From assembly GCA_053919585.1 (NCBI GenBank), contig CM132793.1: a DNA stretch of 64,000 nt; one strand, given 5' to 3'. The position numbers and the translations under genes were made by a program. This DNA comes from Euprymna scolopes (taxonomy: Eukaryota). This document shows, piece by piece, positions 12,259-25,451 of the stretch; within the stretch, counting starts at the first letter, position 1; every line of letters starts with the position of its first letter. The notes under the pieces were generated by a model that saw only the letters and a program-made list of their open reading frames with translations, did no database searches and was not told where the DNA came from.

Positions 12259-15200
12259 CCCGTAGGGGCATTCACCCCGGATTAGTTGATACGATTCCAA
12301 TGGTGTTAACCGCATCTCGTTTCAAAGCAATCAGACCATGTTAGTCGGCAGTAGAGTCGATGGCATGATATAGCCATTAACGGTCCCAGAAATTAAATAA
12401 ATAAACACCATCACCATAAACGCGAGGACCGGGCATGATTTCGTTATTAGGTTTTATTGCGGCGAGCCTTGTCTTAAGTTGGCTACCTGTGTGCTTCTTC
12501 CAAGCAGTGGGTGCAATACGCTCCACCAATTTACGGACAAACTCATCCCCTCGTCGACACAGCACGTGACCGATCTACGGAGTCATCTTTTCAGCAGAGT
12601 TTCCTGCAGGCAAAAGGATGTTACATCTATCGTATATGGCCGAGTTAATGGTCCAGCCGGAGAGGCAAATGCGCAGAATACGGTGAAGGCAGTAATAATC
12701 GAAGAGTTCAAGTTTATGAAGATCCTCTCTGGACAGTGGCCGGATCTCACATATATAGAGAAGAACTGTTCTGGTCATGGCCTCGTAGATCAACATCTTC
12801 ATCGTAGTCTCATCTCTTGGTGAAACACAATCGTTTTTGAAGATGGACGAAGGCTGCTCAAGCCAGGTTAATACGGACGATGATTTCGTTATTTGATTGA
12901 CCGGTGGCTGTAAAGTTTTCGACCTTCTTCATAGCTTCACCATTGAGAGTTTCAGCAACTCGGTCAGTGAGGGTGAGGGATTCACCATACAGGATTTTCG
13001 TCTTAGAAGCGTTGATTCTCATTCCAACAATTTTGCCCAGGTGACTGACTTCGAGTGGTTGCTGAAGCTCCGCGAAAGATGCTCCTACGACACCGGTGAA
13101 GCCAGTCAAGCTCACTCTATGACACATTCGAGTATGTAGTTGTACAGGATAGGGGGGGGAGAGCACACGCCAATGATAGTCGCCTGTTTGGAGGTCGAAT
13201 GAATCTAGTTCGGTGTGTGCGTAGTGCGCCTTAATTAGGTTTAGAGGCTTGGCCGAAAGTCAACGTAGCCCATTATGTCCCAGAGGCGTGTGCGATCCAC
13301 TGAGTCGAAGGCTGCAGTGAATTCAATAAAGTAGATGGCGGTAGATTGCGGGGAGGATATGACACGATCAGCCAGTCACTGGCGTATGACTGGCTTCGTT
13401 TGTTACACTAACTGTCTTAGAAGTGGCCTCATGAAGATGTGAAGATAGCCAACCATTAGCGTCTGTGTATCAAGAAAAAATCATACCTGAAATGTTGAAT
13501 ATGTGTGTAGCTCCTTTATTTTCTCCAGATGATCTCTTCACTCTGGTTGCATTCTGGTTGGAATTTTCTTTCTTCGACCACCGGTACACTTCGTTGTTGA
13601 TGGATGCATTCATGACAGACTCAATACAACACACAGCATAACACACTCGAAATATTTGCGAGAAATATTAACTATTTTATTTCCATACATAAATATATCA
13701 CAATATTTTACAATGTTTTACAAAAAGGATCAAAAGAAATTAATACTTAAACTTTAAAAATTATTAGACTGAGCTAACTACATAGATAGTCCTAACTAGT
13801 GCTGATGGAATAAGGGTGCCCTCTCTCGTGCACGGAGGAACAGAAACACGCGTGCTATTCCATGTGGTCCGGCCGAAAAAGAGGTCGATCTAGAAAATGA
13901 ATTCGGGATTGTATTTCTTTGTATCTATACGCTTATGGCCAAACCACAAGCCGACCATGTTGCAGAGTGTGTTAGCAACCGTGGAACTGGGATATAGTGC
14001 CACAAGGATAGCCGATACTATTGAATGTGCCCACGGGAGAAATATTGATATGTATATCCTCTGTCTCTCCGATAGCATGTTTAAATTTGTCCGGTCGGAC
14101 AGCCTCGGATATTCTGCATACGATGCAGAAAGATAAGGTATAAGATTTTAGAGACGACATAAATAAAACTAATGCTTCTGTAATTGCGGCTATCGCGACG
14201 GACGCCTTTTTTGTAGAAGGGGAACAGTAATGCGTCGCTACAGTCATGAGGTATTTGTTCGGAGCGCCATACTGCGCCGAGAATTGTATCGAGGTAACTG
14301 GCCTTATGACCAAGAAATTCTTGCAGATTTCCTACCTTAATGCGTCCCTTCTTGCAGCTCTGTTATACTTTAGTTTCTTTTTATGGCAGATGGTACTTCT
14401 TCCTTTGGCAGATCGCAGTTAACATCATACTCGGAGAGATTTGTTTAAGGGAGACGGGGACGTGGTGAGAGAGGCTCGTAATCTATTACGGTTTCGAAAC
14501 GTGGTTCAGGACCTTTGAGACCCAGCTAGATTTGACCAAAAATAGGGTAAATTTTGGTTCTAGTGAAACCGTAACTTTAGTACATATTCACTGGGTGCCG
14601 CGAAGCAGGGGGGGGCTGAAACCGGGTGCTTGACACAGTGTATAGCAACAGAGTCAATCAACCATTATCCGTTCGAGCAGCGATCACCAATAGCGAATAT
14701 GCCAATAACTTGTCTTCTGTTTGGATTTCGGGGACTGAAATGAACGTTAAAGTCACCCGCAATCACCACGAAGTCTCTTGCCGGGGTATCATCCATAAGC
14801 GCTTGCATGTTATAATAAAGGCGTTTTTGTTACATCATCGGCATCAAGAGGGGGGCTTATACAGCAACCACGGTGATACTGAATAGTGTGTCCAGCAGAC
14901 AGATAAGGTCAGATGTGAAGGGATTGGTTCGCAAACAAAGAGAATGTCGTTCGCCTGATCACTTATGGCAATTACATCATGGCTCACGGATTCATCTGTG
15001 ATACCACTGTAATAAAAATGATAGGTAGCGTCCGTAATAGGAAGTTTGATAGTCTTGTGAACTTGGCTTACAAGTGTGACTTCCGAAATGCAGGCAACGT
15101 CCACCTTGTACTGGTGAATGATGTAGTCGGTGAGCGTTAAGGTTTCTTGGAGTTTCAGCGTGCGCAAGTTCCAACAGGCTACAGGATGGTCCATCTTTCA

Positions 15201-15338
15201 CTCAAATAGTCCAAATAGCCCAGCTCGCGGATTTAACCTCCGCGGCGCTACGACCGCGAACACGTCGGCTCCAGCGGAGGCTGTAGCTATAATTGATTTG
15301 AAATTTGAAATTCACAAGCGGTCCACAGCCGCGTAACA
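12259..15338 (-). mobile_element. Decayed RTE-clade LINE (APE endonuclease + reverse transcriptase)
   Basis: APE: VACWNLRTL...YKVDVACISEV (15194-14844). RT: VWRSEQIPHDCSDALLFPFYKKGVRRDSRNYRSIS (~14280-14170), FIEFTAAFDSVDRTRLW (~13330-13280), GMRINASKTK, LELFDYYCLHRILRI. Contains stops and frameshifts. A degenerate TSD sits at 12244-12258 / 15339-15353. Confidence 0.88.
13360..14101. mobile_element. ~740-bp non-coding insert within the RTE RT; solo-LTR-like
   Basis: Interrupts the RT between the NYRxIS motif and the FxxAFDSV motif. Termini are TG...CA and there is an AATAAA on the minus strand. The TSD is ambiguous. Confidence 0.45.
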
Positions 15339-16428
15339 CTTCTATAATCCTTAAGAATCGTCCATGTAGCTGTTTATCTTTCCGTTTTTCATTCCCTGTT
15401 TTATTTTTGTCTCTTTTTCTATCTTGTTTTTTTTTTCTTAAATTCCTCTTAATGTGATGCGATTCTTTCAGCGTTCTGTCTTTTATAAAAATTAGTCGTC
15501 TGTCTGTGACTTTATTTTTTTACATAGAGTCAGTCAATGTTATCATTTCAGTGTACTGTATTACGCATTGCCATGAGTATCATTGTCTTCAAGTGGATAT
15601 ACTTCAGTTCTTCTTTTCCAGATGTTCTTACTATGTACACTGCTTGTATGTTTATACCTTAAGTTAGATGTTTTAGGGTATAGTTTAGTTTTCAGGAGAT
15701 TACCTTTCTTTATAACTTTCTCTTCTATTCCTGTTGCTTTGATTGTGTCTACTTCCCGTATCCAAGTATTTGTAGCTATGATGTTTTACCCAGTTTGATT
15801 GAGTAGTATTACACCTTCCGCTGTTTAGGTTTTCTCTTCCTCATTATTAATAGTGTGCACTTTTCCATACAGAATAGCATTCATATACCTTGGCTAAATA
15901 TTCCGGTTGTGTTTATTGGCGTCTCTAGTCCAATCTTTGCTTTTTCAACCAGTCTTAGGTCAGCTATATGCATTAGGTGAGTCATTATTTCATCTATATG
16001 CTTAACATTTTCTTAGTATATTGTTCAGGCGCACCATGGCAATGTTGAACAGTTGTGATGATAGGAAATTATCTTGGAATATCTATCTTTTAATTTAATC
16101 TCAATTATGTAATGTTCATCAGCTGTCATTTCAAGTCTCTGTGTTCACATTCAATTTTCCATCCATGTGATAATCTTGCATTTGCATTTAGTGCACTCTC
16201 GTGCATTCTGTCATTTCTGCCTCTAACATCCTGTCATATGCTGTCTTTTAGCATGCCCATGTCATAACTATTGTCTTTATTTTCTTATTTAATCTTTTCT
16301 AGGATATTTTGGTCTATGTATAATAAGGCATGTATTCCTCTGTTTTTTTTAATCATTTTGGCATCCTTTCTGTTCCTCTGGTAATAAGCCCTAATTTGGA
16401 AGTAAATAAAAAACGTTTCCGTTAGTTG

Positions 16429-16489
<61 letters not shown>

Positions 16490-17900
16490 TTTATAACTCG
16501 CTAGAATATTTCTACATTGGTCATCATCAGTGATTATGAAGTGTGTTCCCCTGGAGTATGGACGACAGCAAATCTACCCAAACGTTAAGAAGTCTCTGCT
16601 TCGTACGATCAAATTTGGCACAATAATAACCTTCTATGTTGTTATTTTTAATTTAGGGCTGTTCGCCTTTATCATAACTGATACAACAGCGTGGTCGGAA
16701 GATACCAGTGAAAACAGAACGAAAGATGAAGATAGCTGAGGCAAGTTAATAGGAAAAGGTTTACGAGACTTGCATACTGTACATTAGTGTCGGGCACATG
16801 GGTGGGTTCGTTAACAACCTGTGTGAGGTTATAAGCAATGAAGAAATTGTGAAAGAACCTTCCCTCATAATCTGACTTGTTTGAGTATGTTACCATTCCA
16901 CATTGTGAACATTAAAGTCTGCAGAGATATGAATGTAAGGCGAAAGATGAGCAGACATGATGTGTAAGTCTTATCAAATATTCTCTTAAAGATACTGATC
17001 CCGCTGTGGTGGAGGTGATGGAGGGCAAATATAAAATCAGTAGTGTCAGCAATGAAACCCGGAAGCACATATAGGCTAACCTAATCTTCTACCCCATGGA
17101 AATCAATCTTTAATGTATGATCATATTCCATGCCCATGGCGATTTTAAGCGTCAGATTGTTATGTTACTTTAGAGTATCTATATATTACAATTACTGGGG
17201 AAACACCAGTTTCGCCTGAGAATAAGAGTTCTGGTTTAGTTTTCTGTAATTGAGTTTCAACATCTGGAACGTTGAAATGTACAGTTCGGATGTTGGAGAA
17301 GGAGACATGGTGGTGGGAATTGGAGATCTGGAATGAATCGTGTCTTTCTTTTCTGGAAATTTTTCATTATAGGGTTTTAGGATTTGAGGAATAGGTCGAC
17401 AGACTTGCTTATAGCAGACTGAGAAAGAAAGTAAGNNNNNNNNNNNNNNNNNNNNNNNNNNNNNNNNNNNNNNNNNNNNNNNNNNNNNNNNNNNNNNNNN
17501 NNNNNNNNNNNNNNNNNNNNNNNNNNNNNNNNNNNNNNNNNNNNNNNNNNNNNNNNNNNNNNNNNNNNNNNNNNNNNNNNNNNNNNNNNNNNNNNNNNNN
17601 NNNNNNNNNNNNNNNNNNNNNNNNNNNNNNNNNNNNNNNNNNNNNNNNNNNNNNAAAGCCGTAATAATTACCACCTGATGTGGCATCGAGATGCCCCACT
17701 AGACCCTACTGTCCGGTTTAAATCCATTCGCCAAATGACTATACAGCAACCCTAGTACTTTTCCCCTGCTGATATGACAGCCCCTTAGAGGTCAACGCAA
17801 CACACGGGTTCCTGACTATCAGGCGGACAGCGTAAACCCTGTTAAATCGTTTACCTGCAACACTTTTATTAGTGGCATGGCTACAAAGATAGACATAGAC
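16490..17900 (-). mobile_element. 5' part of a CR1/L2-group LINE (5' UTR + decayed APE endonuclease), spanning an N-gap
   Basis: Minus-strand translation gives NLTQVVNEPTHVPD...LVNLFL, a DH motif near 16520 and LYIS...N at ~17280. Confidence 0.65.
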
Positions 17901-20900
17901 ACAGAAAATTCCCAACATCTCCGATGACTGTTAATGCAAAACACTGCCAACTTAGAATACAGCATTTCCTTTACCCTTTGTCAGAAAAATAACATTAAAA
18001 ATGAGGACTGAAAGACAAATTAGTACAATTGAGAGTAACGGGAGCTGCCGATAACGTATCCACAATGCATCGCTTACTACCCATTAAGATTAAACGATGA
18101 TAATATAACATATTCTACTTAATATATGTCCAACTGACGTGTTTAAGGGAAGGTATTGTGATAGATTCTCCTATAAATAACGGAAAATTAATAAAATAGT
18201 CTAATCTCTTTATGCTATATTTAAAATCATCTTGCTTAATATAAGTAGTACACTCATAGCGAGAACATCTATTGAATAAACCAATCAAATATAATATATA
18301 AATTTAAACTCAAAATAAAATTAATATTGACATTTGCATCTAATAAAAAGAGAATAAACATTACAAATAAACAACTCATCTGCTAAAAGCTTCCGTATTC
18401 AGTGCAAACTGTTATGCTAATATAGTCTTAACTTTAGATGGTTTCATTAGTATAATATATTCAATCATAAGTTTTATCCGGTAAAACATCAAGGAGTGTT
18501 GTCGGTGAGGTCAATGACTGAACACTGTTTGTCTGATCAGAGAATAATTGAAGGATCACGTCCGCCGAGCATTCGGAGAAAGTCGTTTTGATATCACTAG
18601 AATGAAATATATAAATTCTATCAAGTTAACAGGAATAACGTATAATGACTGATTCCAAACACCATGGGGATTAGTTGTGAAGCTTCGCCAGTTTCCATGA
18701 CAATTTAACACCTTTGAAATACTGAACCTCGTCATGTGTAATGTACAACTATTCACATGTCTATTTGTTTGATTAAACTTACTACAAAATGTATTTATTT
18801 AATAGGGTTTGAATCCATCAATATATTGTTTTGACCAAATGTCATTTATACATTTCACTATCCCTATCTATCTGTCTCCATCTTCTTAAACTCTATCTTC
18901 CCGGGAGATTAAATGTCACACAACGGTGCAGGGCTGTTAAAATAGTAGCATACTTGTGGTCAGTTATTATAGGACTTTAACCGGTTAACATAATTAGTTA
19001 CAGGGCAAAGTTGTCGGAAATTAAAACATAGCAAGCCCACTGCGAATTATTTTCGATCATAGCATCTTCTCAATTGACCTGGTATATCTAATCAGATAAA
19101 ATTATATTTTGTTAATTTCTAACGCATGAAGAATGTTTGTCCTGATAAATATCTTGTCAGAGTGAATAGATCAGAACAGTAGGTCCAAGATTTACATCCT
19201 CACTACTTCTTTTGTCTTAGTTTTGCATCACTACATTCTTTGCTTCCTAATATTATGTCAAATTTTTTACAAAAAAGAAGAAAATATGTTATTGTATGAA
19301 CATGCAGTAAATATAAATTATGTACGTACGCCATTACAGAAAGAATACATCATATTTCCAAAACGTTATGTGACTTTATGAATTAGTTTTTTTATATGTA
19401 GAAAAAAATAGCGATTTTCCAAAAAATTTAAAGTAATTCGTTATTTCACAGGAATAACCTATTTTTCAGTCACACAAATTATTTCAATGTTGTATTAGGC
19501 GGTAACAAGAATAAAACAGACAAGAAAACGAGATGCACACAAAAATAACAATTTTATAAGTAATTCGGATACGTTCATTTTAAACAATAAATATTGAAAA
19601 GAAATGTTTGTTGAAAAAATATTGTACATGTAGGAAACCCAGTTTTTTCTATTGTCAATGATTTTATGAATAAATCGGTATTTTCTTGAATAAATTTGTA
19701 TTCATGCAATCAAAACTATTCCAATTTTGCTTTACCCAGTTTTACGCGTGAAATATCTTTATACTTTTTCATCTTTGTCAAAAAAATGATGTAGACTAAT
19801 TATTTTATGACCTCATTATGTATGTTTGTCTGTCCGGCTTTTTTGTACATCTTTTATTTTTTTTCGCTTTCAAAAACTGCTTCAGGTTCGGATATTTGCT
19901 TATGGCACCGATATCACATATCTTTTTTAAAATTTGAAATCATAATAATAATATTGTTACAATATCATATGAATTCATTTCGGGATATACACAAAATTTA
20001 AATGAATTAAAATATCATATCAACACTGTGTAATTATTTTTTATATAAGTGGTAATGCCCTGATTTACACTATCATTTATTTTATTATTTTTTCAATCAA
20101 TTCCATAAGGATAAATTCCTCCTATTATCAAGCTTACAAATATGAATACTTTTCAATATAATTACCGCCAATCGTTAGTTATAAAAGTAGCGCGTAGTAT
20201 TCTGTTATTTTTACATGAGTGAAAAGAAAATGTAATTACTCAGCTCCCATGTTTAAAAGTCTAAAATTGGTTTATTCCACGCAAAGCAGGAAGAAATATG
20301 CATCCAAATAATTTAATATATTATGTTCATCGACTTTACTTAAACACCAACATGTGATAAGGTACGAAACAAGCAACCAGTGGAGAACGATTGTGTACCA
20401 CGAACCTTAATCTTTGTATCTTTAAAGATTTTAACGGGTAGAAGATATCGCATCAATTTAATCTTTATAATGTAATGTTTACTCAACTTTACAAACCATA
20501 TTAAAATTGGTTAATTTGCGATAATTTAATTCCAGCATTACAAAACTCAGTCGTCTCGTTTGTTCTATTCATTATATTGCATCATGTAATTAAGAAACTC
20601 CATCGAAAACAAGAATATTAATTACTCACTTGTTAAATCAATATCATTAAAGGTACAGACCGAACACATTGTGTGTGTTAAGGCATTAATTAATCCTTAA
20701 TTGTGTTCAACTAATTGAATTGATTTTTATCAAATATTTATTTGTTTTCAACATTATTATGGATTCGTTTTCTATAAGCTTTTAACTTCAGCCGTTTGCA
20801 TTTAAAGTTTGGGTTGTTTTCATTGTTTATAATTTCAAACATTCTTTAAAAAATGGTTTTCTAATTAGTTATTACAGCAGAATCATGCCGTTTTTATTTA

Positions 20901-23150
20901 AAAAACTATTCGAAATCTGCTCATAGAATATAACCCAGTTATAATTAATAAGGTTAATTCTTATTCGTTCGTTTTCATTGATTAAATTATTTATTTTCAT
21001 TGACAATATTTCATCAATAGTTTTGTGAACTTTCGCTATATAATTTTTTTTATAATGTTGTACCTTCAATTTAATCATCTATTAAACCGATTTTACACTG
21101 TCGTTTTACATAGCCGAGAGAAGAAATACACATTTAACGAATATAAATATTATGACCTGCGTTCTTTGTTTATAGGGGGTCATTGATTAAGGTGCCCATG
21201 TGTTAATTACTACAGCACATTGCATACTATAAACATGTAATTGTATAGAATAAATTTAATTTGTAATTAAATATAAAGTGATTGTCGTTTGTTAATACCC
21301 TGTAGATTATCACGTTTGAATATTACGTCATCATCTTGCAGATCACTGTAAATAATAGCAAATTCTTAGAAACATTTCCCGTAGAATGAAACAAAATATT
21401 ATTAGTCGGTGAATATATTTTGATTAAACAAATATTTTCTAGATTGCGTAAAATGTAGTTTTCTTTAAGGGACGGAAAACAATAAAATGCAGCAAATATA
21501 ATTTTATTTATATGTAAACGATGTTCATTATCTTTTTTAATGCGGTAGTGACACACATAAGATGAGGTAATGCGTATAAATAAATATTCAGAAAGTAATA
21601 CTGTGCTACATAGTCTAATACAAATAATAAAATCACAAGATAGACACTCTTTTATTAACTCCTTCAATCATGACAGCTTGGAAGAGAAGGTCACTTTCTA
21701 CCCTGTTTCATTGAAATATTATATTTATAAAACTTTTCACTGAGATTTTTTACGGCGAAAACCGTTGAATGGTCAAGTAAATTCAAGTTTATTTTTCGCA
21801 CAATAACACAAAGCATCATGTATTATTAGCATACGTGTATTACATTAAAGATAATACGCTCTCATATTTCCCCCGGTTGGCATATAAGAATTTCGTTAAT
21901 TTTAATTGTTTTTAAGAAGTTTCAATGTCAAAAATTGTACTAGCGCTTTTTACATGTAATATACGGACATTCTAACGACGGAACAGACATGCTATTATAT
22001 AGATTAAATACTCAACCAATATTTCAAATAGAAACACCACGCTACTTCATAATAACGTGGCTAATAATTAATCGCAAGCACAGTTTCCTTTTTAATAACT
22101 TATTTGGGTCTACCCCCTGGTGTTATACTTTTCAACCTTTTCAAGTCGTGAGGGCAAGGCAGAATGAATATGGTGATATGGGTGGCTTCTCCGAAAGCTA
22201 CACTAAGTTGTTCATCATATCAACTCTTAAAAACAACTCGCTGTTAATCGTTTTAATAAAAATGAATTTGTATACACTTAATTCATTAGTTTATATGCGA
22301 CTGACATGAAAATGACTATCTCCCCATCTCATTAAGACTAATTCGCGTAAAGTTGTGTTTGCGTTCCCATGTGAAGATTAATTTTCAATTTTAAGCGAAG
22401 TTATCGACTTTTTTAGGCAATTGCGTAGGTAAATACGATGGGATTCAAAATCGACCCCCTCTATGAGCCAATAACAGTAATTGGGATACAAATTGAAAAC
22501 TTAAAATACGTAAAATATCACACTGTTCAACAAGTTTTTATCGTAGGAAACAGGTTCGATAGCAAAATGGTCTATAAGCATCTAACTATGAGGCAATTTT
22601 GCAATAGACGGAATCTTTTTACGACAGGTGCTACATTTTGGCGATTATTCCCTGTGGCTATTCCTGTTTCGCAATATAACGCCACTGCTATGGCAAGAAT
22701 GTATATCGGTAATCCCTCAGCTGGAGACCGTTTTGGAGCGAGGCATACCAACTGAAACGTTGACCGATAAATACTGCATGCCATTACACGCAATTTTAGC
22801 GTTTGCTCGTAACGATGTGGTGTACTTGAAATTTGGGTGTATTATATCCGCTCCGGAAATTTCAACGGTGACGGTAGATGACAATAAATCTCGATATGCG
22901 GTATAATTGGCTAAATCATTAACCTCTATCTCATCTCGTAAAATGTATGATCAATGTACTAAATTATATGCACGACATGGAAAGCATCAACATTCTGAGT
23001 CATTTAAGCACTGATTTTGTTGATATATTTTGAATACATTAACCATTTTATGTAGCTTTCCCTTCTAAAGAGAGACTTTATTTTAGCCATTCTATTATGT
23101 ACATATCTATCTATCTATCGTTTCTATTAATATATCTATATATGTATATT

Positions 23151-23185
<35 letters not shown>

Positions 23186-24602
23186 GTGGGTGTGGGTGTG
23201 CGTATTTATAATAGTGTTCAGAGAAATGGATAGATGTATATTTTACTAATTACCTGTAAGATGTATGGTGAATATTCAATTTTTTACTGACGATACAAAA
23301 GAATAGAACACTTAGAATGTATAACTTATATTATGTAAAAGTAAGCTTTGTTCACCTGCCCTAGCACGGGATTAACGCAAAACCAAAGAAATAAGAGAAT
23401 GCAAGAGGAACTTGCACTGCTAATAGGTTAATAAAAATTGCAAACGCTAATTACATATTTATTAAACTGTGCACGAATCGCGTGTATTAACGGTGGGGCA
23501 ATGTATACACAGCATTAGAATTGCATGTGTTCACATCAACATTAACTAGACACATGAAAATGTAAAAAGAAATATATTAAAAAAATTCAATTAACTATGC
23601 TTAATGTATACGCTCATAGAACGTCTCATTATTTGTGGAAATATATTCTTTTGAGCGATTCACACTAACACAACGTCCAATACTTCAGTTATTATATGCA
23701 ATAGCGGGCCCCACATACATATAACTTACTTTTAAAAGCATTTAACTAATAACACTTGCCTGCCAAAAATACGTGATTCAGAGTTAAAATGTAGTTGACA
23801 CAATAAATGATACAAGTTCTCATTAATATCTTATGCTAACAATGTAACGGTTACTATTTTTGTTATATAACATTTAACTTTAGCATTAATTGCATTTTTT
23901 AGTCACAAGGCTGGATTTTTTTTCATGAATATATTTGCATTTTAAATTAAGTAAATAGATATTAAATTTCTTGTGTGTCTATTCGGTATTTATGATAGCA
24001 TATCATATTATTTGTATTTAAATTAACTATTGCTTTCATTTTTAAAAGACCTTTTATTTAAAGAGTGTTTACCGTTAAAGGTGTTTAGACTTGAGTGTTC
24101 GACTAAATTTTTAAACGAACAAAATTATCCATTTACTCATATAGGCATAACGCTGTTGAAACATATTCATTGTGCGTATGGTTGTTTAATATACTTACAT
24201 GCATGCGCTGTTGCATAGTTGATTACAATCTTTTAGAAATGTCATATCATGAAAATGTACATAGAGAATAGTTTTGTATGTAAATAACATTCACTTTCTG
24301 ATCTTTATCTCATCAGATCATGATTAACACGATAAGGTATTCACAACACCTATCTATTTACAAAAAGGAACAAATATGATGTGTTATTCCGTGCAATAAG
24401 TACGATAAAAACACGATTCGATTTAAATATCTAATTTTTATAAATTCTCTTCAGATACGTTGAGCGATATTTCTATATCCTTAGATTATACTATAGGTAG
24501 GAAATTATGGATAACTTATGAAAAGCGCAAATGTGTACTGTATTTTCCTGCGTATTTCGTTTTAAGCCATATGCCCTTTTAATATTATACACACCATCAG
24601 AA

Positions 24603-25451
24603 CAGGGAAAAACGATACAAATTATGTCATAGAAAAGACGACAAAGTTTTATTTCCGTTTTATTTTCTCATTTTTTATCTAAGAGTCGTGTACAAATCCC
24701 AATACTGATAGGAGTTTTCGGTCATATCTGAAAGTGACACGATGTTGAACGAGCGAGATACATCGCTGTACAAATTATGTTCTTTATTGATCAATTTTAT
24801 TCCAACAGAGCATTGTCAGCACCCTCAAAATGCAGATCCATATACCATGGACATGCCCAGTGTGATGAAATCAAAGTTTTTGTCTACAGTTATGGTCTTT
24901 AGTGTGGTTTCAAGTAAAGGCCACATTATGCCACTTTAGATCTTCGACGTCATCTTGAAAATTAACACCAATGTTTAATCAGATGTGCTGAACAATATGA
25001 TGATCTGGTGCAATCAGGTAGCCGCTTGTCAGACCTTGGGTGGATCAGAAGGGGTCGGCGCCGGTCTACAAGTCTTAAGAGAGCAAGGTTTGGTTTCAGA
25101 ATTAGTGCTTTAACTATGTACCCTTTTTTTCGCTAGCCTCCTCCTCCCTCGACTGGAACCCGCTGCACAACTTTGTCAAACCTCGAGATTATCACCAACA
25201 TGACCGCTCACAACACCAAAATCAGCCGAATCGTCGACATCTGCCGAGTTTCCACTGGCGCTTGTGGAAAAGGCATGCCCCTAGTTCCCGACAGGAATTG
25301 AGGCACTGATTCAGGCTGAATGTAGCTACATTGAATAGATGTCAACTCTACTGCATAATCAAGTTACCGGGGTCATTTCTTTTTTAATAAGAGTTTTAAA
25401 AATAAGCTGCAGTGTGTGTTTTAAGTGGGCAAATTGTATCATTTCACCCTG
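24603..25451 (+). mobile_element. Internally deleted Tc1/mariner element (maT/DD37D-like)
   Basis: Imperfect TIRs CAGGGAAAAACGATACAAATT / AAATTGTATCATTTCACCCTG. Reads MPSVMKSKFLSTVMVFSVVSSKGHIMP, followed by degenerate WCNQVA..RPW and PP.SLDWNPL motifs. Confidence 0.85.

Larger units (their letters stand above)
11905..16431 (-). mobile_element. Decayed 5'-truncated R4/Dong-like RLE LINE, split by an RTE insertion at ~12259-15338
   Basis: Left part reads HIKARIDKT*ENTKCRL and has a 3' UTR GAGACTCGTTGTCACT like that at ~42880. Right part (15339-16431) resembles the RT/post-RT region at ~40.7-41.8 kb (KQLHGRFL, YKYLGxxEVDTIK). (TTA)n lies at 16432-16488. Confidence 0.75.

Noticed and set aside
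24280-24320. Minus-strand CUGAUGA-GAU aaag AUC-A-GAAA hammerhead-like match
   Set aside because: There is an extra base before GAAA, and no stem I or stem III/UH. It is likely chance.
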